A stretch of DNA of 64,000 nt from Verrucomicrobiales bacterium (GCA_947478865.1 CANJXF010000005.1:9846-73845); one strand, 5' to 3'; shown: positions 20,404-30,661, numbered from the stretch's first letter. The notes: generated by a model from the letters alone, not told the origin. Program-made: numbers and translations.

Positions 20404-20420
20404 TGGCACCTTCCCTGCTT
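20404..20420 (+). promoter_or_regulatory. candidate sigma-54 (-24/-12) promoter upstream of dnaK
   Basis: The sequence cTGGCACcttccCTGCTt has GG at 20405-06 and GC at 20417-18. That is the consensus spacing of YTGGCACGrNNNTTGCW, with TGGCAC perfect and TGCT matching 4 of the 5 positions of TTGCW. It lies 40 nt upstream of the dnaK ATG. Confidence 0.4.
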
Positions 20421-20459
20421 AAGCCGAACAAGGTAATTTAAATAACAATTTTTCGTTTT

Positions 20460-22376
20460 ATGGCAAAAGTAATTGGAATTGATCTTGGAACGACCAACTC
20501 ATGCATGGCAGTGATGGAAGGCGGCGAACCATCTGTGCTGGAGAATTCTGAAGGCAAACGCACGACACCGTCCGTTGTCGCTTTCACAAAGTCAGGAGAG
20601 CGGATTGTTGGCGATGCGGCGAAGCGTCAAGCTGTCACAAATCCGCGGAACACCGTTTACTCGATTAAGCGCTTCATGGGACGCAAGTTCGATGAGGTTC
20701 AAGAAGAAATTAAGCGTGTTCCTTACAAAGTCGTGCGCGCCAGCAACGGAGACGCCAATGTTGAGGTTGAGATCGATGGCAAACCCAAGCAGTTTACGCC
20801 TCCTGAAATTTCCGCCATGATTTTGGCCAAGCTCAAAGCGGACGCTGAAACCCGTCTGGGCGAAAAAATTACGCAAGCCGTTATCACGGTGCCCGCCTAT
20901 TTCAATGACTCGCAGCGTCAGGCAACCAAAGATGCCGGCCGCATCGCTGGTTTGGAAGTCCTTCGCATTATCAATGAACCAACGGCGGCGTCGCTTGCCT
21001 ACGGTCTTGATAAGAAAAAGGACGAAAAAATCGCCGTCTACGATTTAGGTGGCGGCACGTTCGATATTTCAGTTCTTGAAATTGGCGACGGCGTTTTCGA
21101 AGTCAAAGCCACCAACGGCGACACTCATCTCGGGGGCGACGACTGGGACAACACGTTGATGGATTGGATCTTGGACGAATTCAAGCGCGAGCAGGGAATG
21201 GATCTACGCAAGCAACCAGACGCCTTGCAGCGCATCAAAGAAGAAGCGGAGAAGGCGAAGATCGCCCTTTCCAGCTCGCAGCAGTATGACATCAATTTGC
21301 CGTTTATTACCGCAGATGCGACTGGGCCTAAACACATTTCGATGAAGCTCACTCGCTCTAAAATGGAGCAGCTTTGCGATTCATTGTTCGAGCGGACCAT
21401 CGCTCCAGTGAAGAATTGCTTGAAAGACGCCGAGATCAGCGCCGATAAAGTGGATGAACTCGTTTTGGTCGGAGGAATGACCCGTATGCCGCGCGTTGTG
21501 GAAACCGCGCACAAATTGGTCAACAAACCGCCGCATCAAGGTGTGAATCCAGACGAAGTCGTTGCCATTGGCGCAGGAATCCAGGGCGGCGTTCTCAAGG
21601 GCGAAGTGAAAGACGTTTTATTGCTGGATGTGACGCCATTGTCGCTGGGCATTGAGACGTTGGGAGGTGTTTTCACCAAACTAATCGAGCGAAATACGAC
21701 TATCCCGACCCGCAAATCGGAAATTTTCTCAACTGCGTCCGATAACCAGCCCGGTGTGGAAATCCATGTGCTTCAGGGGGAGCGCCAGTTCTCTCGTGAC
21801 AATAAGACAATTGGGAAATTCAACCTGACCGACATTCCACCGGCTCCGCGTGGCATGCCACAAATCGAAGTCACCTTCGACATCGACGCTAACGGCATTC
21901 TACACGTCAACGCAAAGGATCTTGGCACTGGTAAAGAACAGAAAATTACCATCACAGCCAGCAGCGGGCTGTCCAAGGACGAAATCGAGAAGATGCGCAA
22001 AGACGCTGAATTACACGCCGAAGAGGACAAACAGAAAAAGGAAGAGATCGAAACGCGCAACGAAGCCGATAATACCGTTTATCGTTCGGAAAAAATGTTG
22101 AAAGACAACGCCGATAAAATCTCTGCGGACGACAAAGGTAAAATTGAAAGCGCCGTCAATGAAGTCAAAGAAGCACTAAAAGGAAGCGACACTACAGCAA
22201 TTAAGTCTTCTAGTGATAAATTGAATGAAGCTTGGCAGGCAGTTTCAGCGGAGCTTTACAAAGCAGCCGCTGAAAAGGCAAAGGCAGGACAAGCAGGCGC
22301 TCAACCAGGTGCAGAAGCAAAATCCGACGAAGGTCCGATCATCGACGCAGAAGTCGTGGATGAGAAAAAAAGCTAA
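20460..22376 (+). CDS. dnaK: molecular chaperone DnaK (Hsp70)
   Basis: The sequence starts [18 protein letters not shown] and contains [25 protein letters not shown] and an acidic C-terminal tail. Confidence 0.98.
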   Translation: MAKVIGIDLGTTNSCMAVMEGGEPSVLENSEGKRTTPSVVAFTKSGERIVGDAAKRQAVTNPRNTVYSIKRFMGRKFDEVQEEIKRVPYKVVRASNGDANVEVEIDGKPKQFTPPEISAMILAKLKADAETRLGEKITQAVITVPAYFNDSQRQATKDAGRIAGLEVLRIINEPTAASLAYGLDKKKDEKIAVYDLGGGTFDISVLEIGDGVFEVKATNGDTHLGGDDWDNTLMDWILDEFKREQGMDLRKQPDALQRIKEEAEKAKIALSSSQQYDINLPFITADATGPKHISMKLTRSKMEQLCDSLFERTIAPVKNCLKDAEISADKVDELVLVGGMTRMPRVVETAHKLVNKPPHQGVNPDEVVAIGAGIQGGVLKGEVKDVLLLDVTPLSLGIETLGGVFTKLIERNTTIPTRKSEIFSTASDNQPGVEIHVLQGERQFSRDNKTIGKFNLTDIPPAPRGMPQIEVTFDIDANGILHVNAKDLGTGKEQKITITASSGLSKDEIEKMRKDAELHAEEDKQKKEEIETRNEADNTVYRSEKMLKDNADKISADDKGKIESAVNEVKEALKGSDTTAIKSSSDKLNEAWQAVSAELYKAAAEKAKAGQAGAQPGAEAKSDEGPIIDAEVVDEKKS

Positions 22377-22405
22377 TCCCCAAGAGGACTTCAAATAAAC
22401 AATTT

Positions 22406-22434
22406 TCCACCAGCGAGTGCTGGAGGATTTGATT
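22406..22434 (+). terminator. weak hairpin (attenuator or partial terminator) between dnaK and groES
   Basis: The arm tccaccagc (22406-14) pairs with gctggagga (22419-27) across the loop gagt. The stem is 9 bp with one mismatch and is followed by tttgatt. Confidence 0.35.
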
Positions 22435-22470
22435 CAAAACACAAATCAAAAACAACAAAAGTAAAAACGT

Positions 22471-22764
22471 ATGGCACTAAATGTAAAACCTCTCGGCGAT
22501 CGCATCCTTGTGGAAGCAGCTGAAGAGAAGGAACAAAAAAAGGGCGGAATTATCATTCCAGATACCGCTAAAGAAAAACCCACTGAGAGCATTGTTATCG
22601 CCCTCGGCACCGGAAAAACCGACGACAATGGAAAGAAAGTTCCGTTTGAAGTCAAAAAAGGCGATCGCGTTTTGGTCAGCAAATACGGCGGCACTGAGAT
22701 CAAGCTCAACGGCAAGGAATACAAAATCCTTAACTCCGATGACGTTCTCGCAATCATCGAATAA
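22471..22764 (+). CDS. groES: co-chaperonin GroES
   Basis: The 97-aa protein contains [32 protein letters not shown]...[12 protein letters not shown]. Confidence 0.97.
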   Translation: MALNVKPLGDRILVEAAEEKEQKKGGIIIPDTAKEKPTESIVIALGTGKTDDNGKKVPFEVKKGDRVLVSKYGGTEIKLNGKEYKILNSDDVLAIIE

Positions 22765-22785
22765 GTCTCAAAATTTAACCAATAA

Positions 22786-24447
<1,662 letters not shown>

Positions 24448-24504
24448 GAGGACTGTAGCCCCTAGCTCCACTAGGAGCTGTCGGCAGCTACTACCTTGAA
24501 ACTC

Positions 24505-24538
24505 GAAGAGGCTGGTGCAAACCAGCCTCTTCTTTTTT
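24505..24538 (+). terminator. strong rho-independent terminator after groEL
   Basis: A perfect 12-bp stem, gaagaggctggt / accagcctcttc, carries the loop gcaa and is followed by tttttt. Confidence 0.8.
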
Positions 24539-24584
24539 ACCTATACCAGCATAGCAGTCCTACGAGGCAGAACAACTAGGTCGA

Positions 24585-25172
24585 CTAGCTCTTCTCCTTG
24601 TAGACGACATCAATCGCCAACCCAGCTGCCAGAAGCAAGGTGCTGGCAGCCGTATTCCCACCTGGAGCATCGGCCAGTGAGATCATGTAGTTATCCGCCG
24701 AGGTGAAAAGCTCCTTGCCGATACCTGCCCACTTCTTCGTCACACTACCGACTTCCCGTCCGTCATTCGTCACGAATTTAAAGTTCCAACCTTTCCAGTC
24801 ACCTTTCACTTCCGCTACCTGTCGATCACCGGAATCGAAGACATGAAACCCTCCACCCAACGAGAATAACTTACTCTTAAAATATCCGAATGACTGCGCG
24901 CCCGGCCCAGTTACCCGCACTTTGGATCGGAAAAAGGTAGTTGGCCGATGAATGGAAAAAAGCGGCGTCTCGTTCCCGTTTTCATAGACGTTCACGGTTG
25001 TTGGCAAGAGACGCTTGTCTATTATCAACCGAAGATACTTCGCCCATGCTGCTGGCTCCTCTTTGGCGACGCCGATTTGCTGCTGCGTCTCAGGATCGAA
25101 AATGTCGTAGGCATCGGTGATCTTCACGAAACCGATGCGCTCTTTAACAAAGAAGGTTGTTCGACTTAGCAT
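24585..25172 (-). CDS. scramblase / LURP-one-related (Tubby C-terminal-like) family protein
   Basis: This is ORF 24585..25283, with the likely start at ATG 25172 (MLSRTTFFVKERIG). The blocks FSIHRPTTFF, GSVTKKWAGIGKELFTSADNYMISL and the hydrophobic C-terminus LLLAAGLAIDVVY mirror the conserved blocks of the phospholipid scramblase family. Confidence 0.6.
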   Translation of the reverse strand: MLSRTTFFVKERIGFVKITDAYDIFDPETQQQIGVAKEEPAAWAKYLRLIIDKRLLPTTVNVYENGNETPLFSIHRPTTFFRSKVRVTGPGAQSFGYFKSKLFSLGGGFHVFDSGDRQVAEVKGDWKGWNFKFVTNDGREVGSVTKKWAGIGKELFTSADNYMISLADAPGGNTAASTLLLAAGLAIDVVYKEKS

Positions 25173-25268
25173 AGTATTTCTGGAGGTTGATAGTTGTTTA
25201 ATTCCGTGGACAGACGTGTTTAGGCCAAAATATTTCCGCTGTCGATTGGAAAAGCTTTCCGCACTTCG

Positions 25269-25296
25269 TTGACACGCCTCCATCCTTTCCTACAAT
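25269..25296 (+). promoter_or_regulatory. sigma-70-type promoter of the TerC gene
   Basis: TTGACA (25269-74) is followed by a 16-nt spacer and TACAAT (25291-96). Only 6 nt separate the -10 element from the ATG at 25303. Confidence 0.5.
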
Positions 25297-25302
25297 CCCG
25301 CG

Positions 25303-26064
25303 ATGGAATGGATTTCTGAACCACAAATTTGGATTAGTTTAGCGACGCTCACGCTGCTGGAGATTGTCCTCGGCATCGACAACATTATCTTCATTTCAAT
25401 TCTCAGCGGCAAATTGCCGGGAGATCAGCAGAGAAAAGCGCGGCGCCTTGGTTTGGGCCTTGCTCTAATCACGCGGATACTCTTGCTCTCCGCACTGGCC
25501 TGGGTTGTGAAGCTCGACAAGCCATTTTGGACGACGGAATTCCTGCAGGGGTCTCGCTACGCCATCGAGCTGGCGGTTTCTGGAAAAGATTTGATTCTGG
25601 TTCTGGGCGGACTCTTCCTGCTCGGCAAAAGCACGTTTGAAATACACGAAAAACTGGAAGGAGTAGATGGCGAAGTCACCAATCGAATCACCCCCACTTT
25701 CGCCAATGTCATCGTTCAAATTTTGTTATTGGACATCGTCTTCTCGCTCGACTCCGTCATAACCGCCGTTGGCATGGCCCAACACCTTCCTGTAATGATT
25801 GCCGCTGTGATCCTGGCTATGATCGTCATGCTGGTCTTCGTAAACCAAATCAGCGACTTTGTGGATCGCCACCCAACGATCAAAATGCTGGCGCTCAGTT
25901 TTCTGATTTTGATTGGCGCGATGCTGGTGGCAGAAGGTCTGCACCAACATATTTCCAAGGGCTACATCTACTTTGCCATGGCGTTTGCCGTCGGCGTGGA
26001 AATGTTGAACCTCAAATTGCGCAAAAAAACTTCGAAAGTGGATTTGCATCAACCCTATCGTTAA
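25303..26064 (+). CDS. TerC family integral membrane protein
   Basis: It contains LATLTLLEIVLGIDNIIFISIL and a second repeat, ILLLDIVFSLDSVITAVG, the duplicated DN/DS motif of TerC. It has multiple TM helices. Confidence 0.9.
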   Translation: MEWISEPQIWISLATLTLLEIVLGIDNIIFISILSGKLPGDQQRKARRLGLGLALITRILLLSALAWVVKLDKPFWTTEFLQGSRYAIELAVSGKDLILVLGGLFLLGKSTFEIHEKLEGVDGEVTNRITPTFANVIVQILLLDIVFSLDSVITAVGMAQHLPVMIAAVILAMIVMLVFVNQISDFVDRHPTIKMLALSFLILIGAMLVAEGLHQHISKGYIYFAMAFAVGVEMLNLKLRKKTSKVDLHQPYR

Positions 26065-26076
26065 AACGTTGCTGCA

Positions 26077-26383
26077 TCACGTGACTGCTTTTTCTTTTTC
26101 CAGCAACGCGCGCTTGCGCTCCACACCCCAACGATAACCCCACAGATCGCCGTTGTTGCGAACTACGCGGTGGCACGAAAGATGACGGCAAGCTCATTCG
26201 CCGCACGCGCTGCGGCCACGGCACGAATGGCTTTTGGCGCGTCGCTTCGCTATTCCCGTATAGCTTCGGTTGAGCCCTCGGGAATTTTACCAAACTCGCT
26301 GCTGAAACGCCGTGCCGCGCACATTCGGACAAATCGCCGAAATATTTTCTACGCTCGGGATTTCGATTTTTCGTCGAGTTCAT
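26077..26383 (-). pseudogene. ogt: decayed methylated-DNA--protein-cysteine methyltransferase (Ada C-terminal/Ogt type)
   Basis: Reading the reverse strand and alternating between two frames gives GTAFQQRVW(stop), then KIPEGST, then RSYTGIAKR, then DAPKAIRAVAAARAANELAVIF, then SCHRVVRNNGDLWGYRWGVERKRALLEKEKAVT(stop). This closely follows E. coli Ada ...TAFQQQVWQALRTIPCGETVSYQQLANAIGKPKAVRAVASACAANKLAIIIPCHRVVRGDGSLSGYRWGV... The disruptions lie near 26287-89, 26268, 26241-50 and 26175-77. Confidence 0.7.
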
Positions 26384-26452
26384 AATTTGACTTTCTCTGA
26401 GGTGGGTAAGGCCATGCCGCAAAGAATAAACTCTGATTCTTGCGAGTGAATT

Positions 26453-26482
26453 CAAAAAAGTGTCCGTGTGCGAAAACGGAAA
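26453..26482 (-). terminator. candidate terminator after the cytochrome b/c gene
   Basis: On the minus strand, gtttccgt pairs with acggacac (8 bp, one mismatch) across the loop tttcgcac, followed by tttttt. Confidence 0.45.
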
Positions 26483-26514
26483 CGAGGGTTTAGAATCAAT
26501 CGAAGCGGTCCGGG

Positions 26515-28314
26515 CTATCTTCCATCGACTACTTTCGCCGAGGGCTCATACCATTCTCCGCGCAGCCATTTTACCAGCAGCTCGATCGATTGTGCGTCGA
26601 GAATCTTATCCTCGCCGTAAGCGGGCATGCGATCGTTCTTCTTCCCGTAAAACTTCGGATGCGCCGGGTTGCGAATAACCCCGGTCAACCATTGATGCGA
26701 ACCGTAACCCGTCAGATCGGGAGCTGTCGCATCCTCATCTTCTTTGTGGAATTTATGACAGTCCGCGCAACTCATCGGCGCTTTGGAAAGCATGACTCTG
26801 CCTTCAGCAATGAGAGCCGCGTCGCGCTGATCCACCTCTCGTTGCGACTTCAAACCTGCCTCCGCCGACAATGCGGCAATCACTTTCTTGAGTTGTTCCT
26901 TTTCATCCGCCGTGAAGTGGGCGACGTCCTTCTTCACAAACTTTGCCATCTTCCCGTCTTTAAATTTTGTCCCGCCGAAATAATTCGGGCCGCTGATCTT
27001 TTCCGGATCCAGCCAGCCCGAAATCCAAGAGCGAGTAGCCAAATCTTTGAGGTCTGCCCCTTGCGGCGCGTTGGTTGGAACCAATCCCATTCCGTCGTGC
27101 CCATCGTAGCGATGACAACTGGCGCAGTGCTGGGAAAATAATTTTGGCCCCTGGGTGAGCGGGTCCATGCGCAAGAGCGTGACGGCGCCTGTTGCTGGAA
27201 TTCCAGCGGGGGCTTGCGCGAGTTCACTGATCCGCAGCGCCTCCTGCTCCGCCTGTTGCACCGAGACCACGTAGTCGTTGTTGCGCCGGTCCTCCGCGAT
27301 CGCCAGGTAGGTCAGCAGCGCCACGCCGGCAATCAAACTCCACAACAAGCCGAGGTTGAAGCGGTGGCCAAGTTTCCATTTGCCTAAGAAAGGCATGAGG
27401 AAAATGATCGCCATAATCGCGGAGGGAATGATGATCGCCCCGAACAATTCTGTTCCGCCGGGAAAATATTTCAGGAATTGGAAAAGGAAGAGGAAATACC
27501 ATTCGGGCCGCGCTGCCGAATAGGGCTGCGACGGGTCGGCCGGCGCGCCAAGGTCCGCACCATGGTTGCGGATGACGAGGAAAAGAACTGCGGCCAACAC
27601 CGCGAGACAAGCCACGGCATCCTTGAGAACCTGGTCGGGCCAGAAAGCGGCATCGCACTGCTTCAACGGCTGTTTGGCGGTAATGCCGTGTCGTCGGAAG
27701 AGGTAAATGTGCCCCACCAGAAGAACGACGATGCTTCCAGGCAAAACTCCGGCATGCAGCGCAAAAAACCGCGTCAAGGTATGATGCCCGTAGTCCGCGC
27801 CGCCAATCAGCACCTGTTGCAAGCCAGGCCCAATCAAAGGCGTGATCGCCGCGATATTCGTCGCTACTTTTGTTGCCCAAAAGCCTTTCTGGTCCCATGG
27901 CAAGAGGTAGCCAGTCAGGGACAAGCCGAGCACGAGCATCAACAGCATAACTCCGAACCAGAAATTAACTTCACGCGGCGCTTTGTAGGCTCCGTCAATG
28001 ACGACCTGCATGAGATGGAGGACGAGAAGGACGTTCATCGTTTGCGCCGTGAAATGATGCAGTCCGCGCAAAAACCATCCGCCCCACATTTGATTCTGAA
28101 TATAATAAACGCTTTCCCAGGCGGTTTGAGAACTCGGCGCGTAAGCCATCCAAAGGGCAATTCCGGTGATGAATTGAATTACCAGCGCGAAAGTGAGCGT
28201 GCTGCCCCAGACGTAGCGCCAGCGGGAGCCGCCGGGAATGTTCTCCAGCAGCGCTTCGCGGGTGATGTGCCGATAACCGGTGCGTTGATCCAGCCAATTG
28301 AAAAGAATTTTCAT
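26515..28314 (-). CDS. cytochrome b fused to a C-terminal dihaem c-type cytochrome domain (Rieske/cyt b complex subunit)
   Basis: The N-terminal half has cytochrome b blocks (GSTLTFALVIQFITGIALWMAY, RGLHHFTAQTMNVLLVLHL, LPWDQKGFWATKV, FFALHAGVLP). The C-terminal 220 aa carry two CxxCH motifs (CASCH and CADCH). Confidence 0.9.
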   Translation of the reverse strand: MKILFNWLDQRTGYRHITREALLENIPGGSRWRYVWGSTLTFALVIQFITGIALWMAYAPSSQTAWESVYYIQNQMWGGWFLRGLHHFTAQTMNVLLVLHLMQVVIDGAYKAPREVNFWFGVMLLMLVLGLSLTGYLLPWDQKGFWATKVATNIAAITPLIGPGLQQVLIGGADYGHHTLTRFFALHAGVLPGSIVVLLVGHIYLFRRHGITAKQPLKQCDAAFWPDQVLKDAVACLAVLAAVLFLVIRNHGADLGAPADPSQPYSAARPEWYFLFLFQFLKYFPGGTELFGAIIIPSAIMAIIFLMPFLGKWKLGHRFNLGLLWSLIAGVALLTYLAIAEDRRNNDYVVSVQQAEQEALRISELAQAPAGIPATGAVTLLRMDPLTQGPKLFSQHCASCHRYDGHDGMGLVPTNAPQGADLKDLATRSWISGWLDPEKISGPNYFGGTKFKDGKMAKFVKKDVAHFTADEKEQLKKVIAALSAEAGLKSQREVDQRDAALIAEGRVMLSKAPMSCADCHKFHKEDEDATAPDLTGYGSHQWLTGVIRNPAHPKFYGKKNDRMPAYGEDKILDAQSIELLVKWLRGEWYEPSAKVVDGR

Positions 28315-28865
28315 GCGGCGGGGATCTTCCGGGCTGATCCCGCGCGAAAGTTTTGAAAATTCACGTAGATTTCCTGCCCGCGAATTTCGACTGTTAGCGT
28401 ATCCAGCGGACGCGGGCTGGGGCTTTTGGGATCATTGATCGTTCCGTCCAAAGCAAATGTGCTGTTGTGACATGGACAAAGGAAACAGTCCCGCGACGGA
28501 AGAAAATCGACGAAACAGCCTGCGTGCGGACAAACGACGTTCAGCGCTTCAATCTTTGTTTCTCCAGTGCGCCGCAGATAAACCGCTCCGATCGGCACAT
28601 CGGGGAATTTATTCCAGGCATCCGTCCGGCTGGCGACCACCGGGAATTTGTAGGGCTTACCATCGCTGGGCAGAGCGGTCAGCGACGTCACCCGGATCGC
28701 TCCAGCGGACTCCGTTTTCCGGCGCAAAGGATCGAGAAAAACCAATAAGCCGGCGGTTGCCGGAATCAGCGCCGCAATCCCCCCGAGGATAACGGCAAGG
28801 GTTTGCTTGAAAAAGTTACGGCGTGGAAGTGGTTCCGCAGAATCAGTTTCAGGTTTATCAGACAT
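28311..28865 (-). CDS. Rieske [2Fe-2S] protein with Tat signal
   Basis: This is ORF 28311..28898, with the likely start at ATG 28865 (MSDKPE). It has a twin-arginine motif (PRRNFFKQTLAV) and the Rieske boxes CPHAGC and CPCHNS. It overlaps the cytochrome b start by 4 nt. Confidence 0.9.
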   Translation of the reverse strand: MSDKPETDSAEPLPRRNFFKQTLAVILGGIAALIPATAGLLVFLDPLRRKTESAGAIRVTSLTALPSDGKPYKFPVVASRTDAWNKFPDVPIGAVYLRRTGETKIEALNVVCPHAGCFVDFLPSRDCFLCPCHNSTFALDGTINDPKSPSPRPLDTLTVEIRGQEIYVNFQNFRAGSARKIPAA

Positions 28866-28985
28866 TTGAGCGCCAAATAAAAACGTGATTTCGCACAAAA
28901 GGCAAACAGGATTGCTAAAATAGCCTTTTCTCTAGGCGCTTTTTTTGTGCGTGCTTTTCGATGTTTAGACTTCTATTTTTTCCCG

Positions 28986-30179
28986 ATGATTATCTGGCTT
29001 ACCGCTCTGGTTCTGTTGGCGCTTCTGGCCTTAATTGGATATTATCAAGGAGTTATCCGCGTCGCCGTTTCATTGCTCGGACTTTTTGTCGCAGCGTTGC
29101 TGGCGATGCCCGTTTCTCCAATTTTAAGGCCCATCCTGCCGCTCGTGGGGCTCAATCATCCGATCTGGAGTGAGTTCGTTCCCCCGCTCGTCGTTTTTAT
29201 TCTGGTGATGATTGCCTTTAAAGTGGGCGGCCACTTCCTGCATCGCAAAGTGGATGTGTTCTATAAGTATAAGAAGGACGACAAATCGCGCATGAAGTGG
29301 GAGCGGCTCAATCGGCGCCTCGGCATGGCTCTCGGTTTGGCAAATGGCGCCGTCTATTTCGTATTATTGCTGATCCCCTTTTATGTCGCTGGTTATCTCA
29401 CGACGCAGCTGGCCTCTGGCGTCGAAGATCCAGCCGGAATGAATTTCATCAACCAAACCCGCGCACAAATTCACGAAACAAGAGTCGATAAAGTCATCGC
29501 CAAATACGATCCGGCCCCCGCGAATTTTTACGAGGCGGCCGATATTGTTGGTTTGCTGAAAAATAATCCTCTCCTGAACAGCCGCCTTTCCCGTTACCCG
29601 GTCTTCCTTTCATTGGCGGAGCGGAAAGAATTCCAAGACATCGCAACTGACGTGCAAATCAATGAAATGATCCAGTCACAGGCGAAGATTCTAGACATTA
29701 TCAACCATCCCAAGGTGCAGGCCGTTCTGACCAATTCCTCGATTACGACGGAAATCGTCCAGCTGGTCGGGTCTGATCTGAAGGATTTGCACGGGTACTT
29801 GAAAACGGGTAAATCCGAAAAATACGACGATGAGAAGATTCTTGGCCTCTGGATTTTGAATATTGATGCCACGGTTGCTCAGGAAAAATTTGCGAATCCA
29901 AAAATCACGCCGTTCCAGTTGAGAAAGTTGAAGGAAACTAAATACGCGCCGTTCTATGGAACCACCTTCATCGCCACCACGGATCAGAAGGCGATCTTGA
30001 AAAATCCGCCAAAAAATCCAGAAACACCCGCCGCCGTTGCCGCACAAGGAACCTGGAAAAGCCAAGGTTCTGGTTATCAGGTCTTGCTCGGAAACAAGAC
30101 GCTAGATGTGACGTTTCAAAGCGGCCGAATGCTGGTCCCCAGAGAGGGGATGACCTTTGTTTTCGAAAAGGAACCGTAA
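28986..30179 (+). CDS. CvpA-like membrane protein with a long C-terminal soluble extension
   Basis: This is ORF 28947..30179, with the likely start at ATG 28986 (MIIWLTALVLLALLALIGYYQGVIR, CvpA-like). Four TM helices are followed by about 230 aa with no motif I recognise. Confidence 0.65.
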   Translation: MIIWLTALVLLALLALIGYYQGVIRVAVSLLGLFVAALLAMPVSPILRPILPLVGLNHPIWSEFVPPLVVFILVMIAFKVGGHFLHRKVDVFYKYKKDDKSRMKWERLNRRLGMALGLANGAVYFVLLLIPFYVAGYLTTQLASGVEDPAGMNFINQTRAQIHETRVDKVIAKYDPAPANFYEAADIVGLLKNNPLLNSRLSRYPVFLSLAERKEFQDIATDVQINEMIQSQAKILDIINHPKVQAVLTNSSITTEIVQLVGSDLKDLHGYLKTGKSEKYDDEKILGLWILNIDATVAQEKFANPKITPFQLRKLKETKYAPFYGTTFIATTDQKAILKNPPKNPETPAAVAAQGTWKSQGSGYQVLLGNKTLDVTFQSGRMLVPREGMTFVFEKEP

Positions 30180-30188
30180 AGGACTGAG

Positions 30189-30659
30189 TTAACGAGCAGG
30201 AGAAAAGCTGGCCGGCTCAGCCTGTAGCTTGAATCCAGTGAACAATGACGGCAAAGAATCCGGTTCCATCACCGGATTTGTGCTGGCGTAATCATTGCCC
30301 CGGTTGGGTAAATTCAGGCCGGTGGCATTTTGGGTGGCTAATTGTGGCACCAATTGCAAACCTCCATTGCCAGCGATTGGGCGAGCCACCGTTTGTTCTG
30401 ATTCACCACTCAAGCTGTAACCGATGCCGAAGACCAAACTGCCGCACGCCAGCAAACCAAAGCTGTAGGCCATGGCCGGGCTCAGGCCGAAATTAGGCAA
30501 AATTCGCTGCCAGAAAGGTAGCAATTTTGGTTCACGCTCGATGCGAGCCCAAATTTGGCTTGGCAGGTCTGAGAAGTATCTTGGCGGCGGCTGTTCGTAT
30601 TTTTTTAAAGCCAACAATTTGCGCAATGCGTCGAAATCTTCTTGCTGCTCCGAATTCAT
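30189..30659 (-). CDS. putative anti-sigma factor (single-pass membrane protein)
   Basis: This is ORF 30189..30743. The start at ATG 30659 lies 2 nt after the ECF sigma stop. It has a short cytoplasmic N-domain, one TM (MAYSFGLLACGSLVFGIGY) and an extracytoplasmic tail. The call is positional inference. Confidence 0.5.
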   Translation of the reverse strand: MNSEQQEDFDALRKLLALKKYEQPPPRYFSDLPSQIWARIEREPKLLPFWQRILPNFGLSPAMAYSFGLLACGSLVFGIGYSLSGESEQTVARPIAGNGGLQLVPQLATQNATGLNLPNRGNDYASTNPVMEPDSLPSLFTGFKLQAEPASFSPAR

Positions 30660-30661
30660 AG

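Noticed and set aside
20281-20459. A search for an HrcA/CIRCE operator or a sigma-32 promoter upstream of dnaK (ttagcgcca at about 20316; cccat at about 20360).
   Set aside because: Only 6 of 9 positions match one CIRCE half, and no inverted partner sits 9 nt away. The CCCAT-containing segment lacks a CTTGAA-like -35 at the proper spacing.
24495-24501. CTTGAAA (a sigma-32 -35-like heptamer) just after groEL.
   Set aside because: It lies inside the convergent terminator region, with no CCCCAT-type -10 and no downstream gene on that strand.
25173-25302. A possible yybP-ykoY manganese riboswitch in front of the TerC gene.
   Set aside because: The spacer is only 130 bp and is shared with a divergent gene. 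It lacks the conserved riboswitch blocks I can recall. A strong promoter also ends 6 nt before the ATG, leaving no leader.
26012-26455. A 147-aa minus-strand ORF listed in the track, between TerC and the cytochrome b gene.
   Set aside because: It has no motif and an Arg/Ser-rich composition. The other two reverse frames contain the collinear remains of an Ada/Ogt domain, so this ORF is the accidentally open third frame over a pseudogene.
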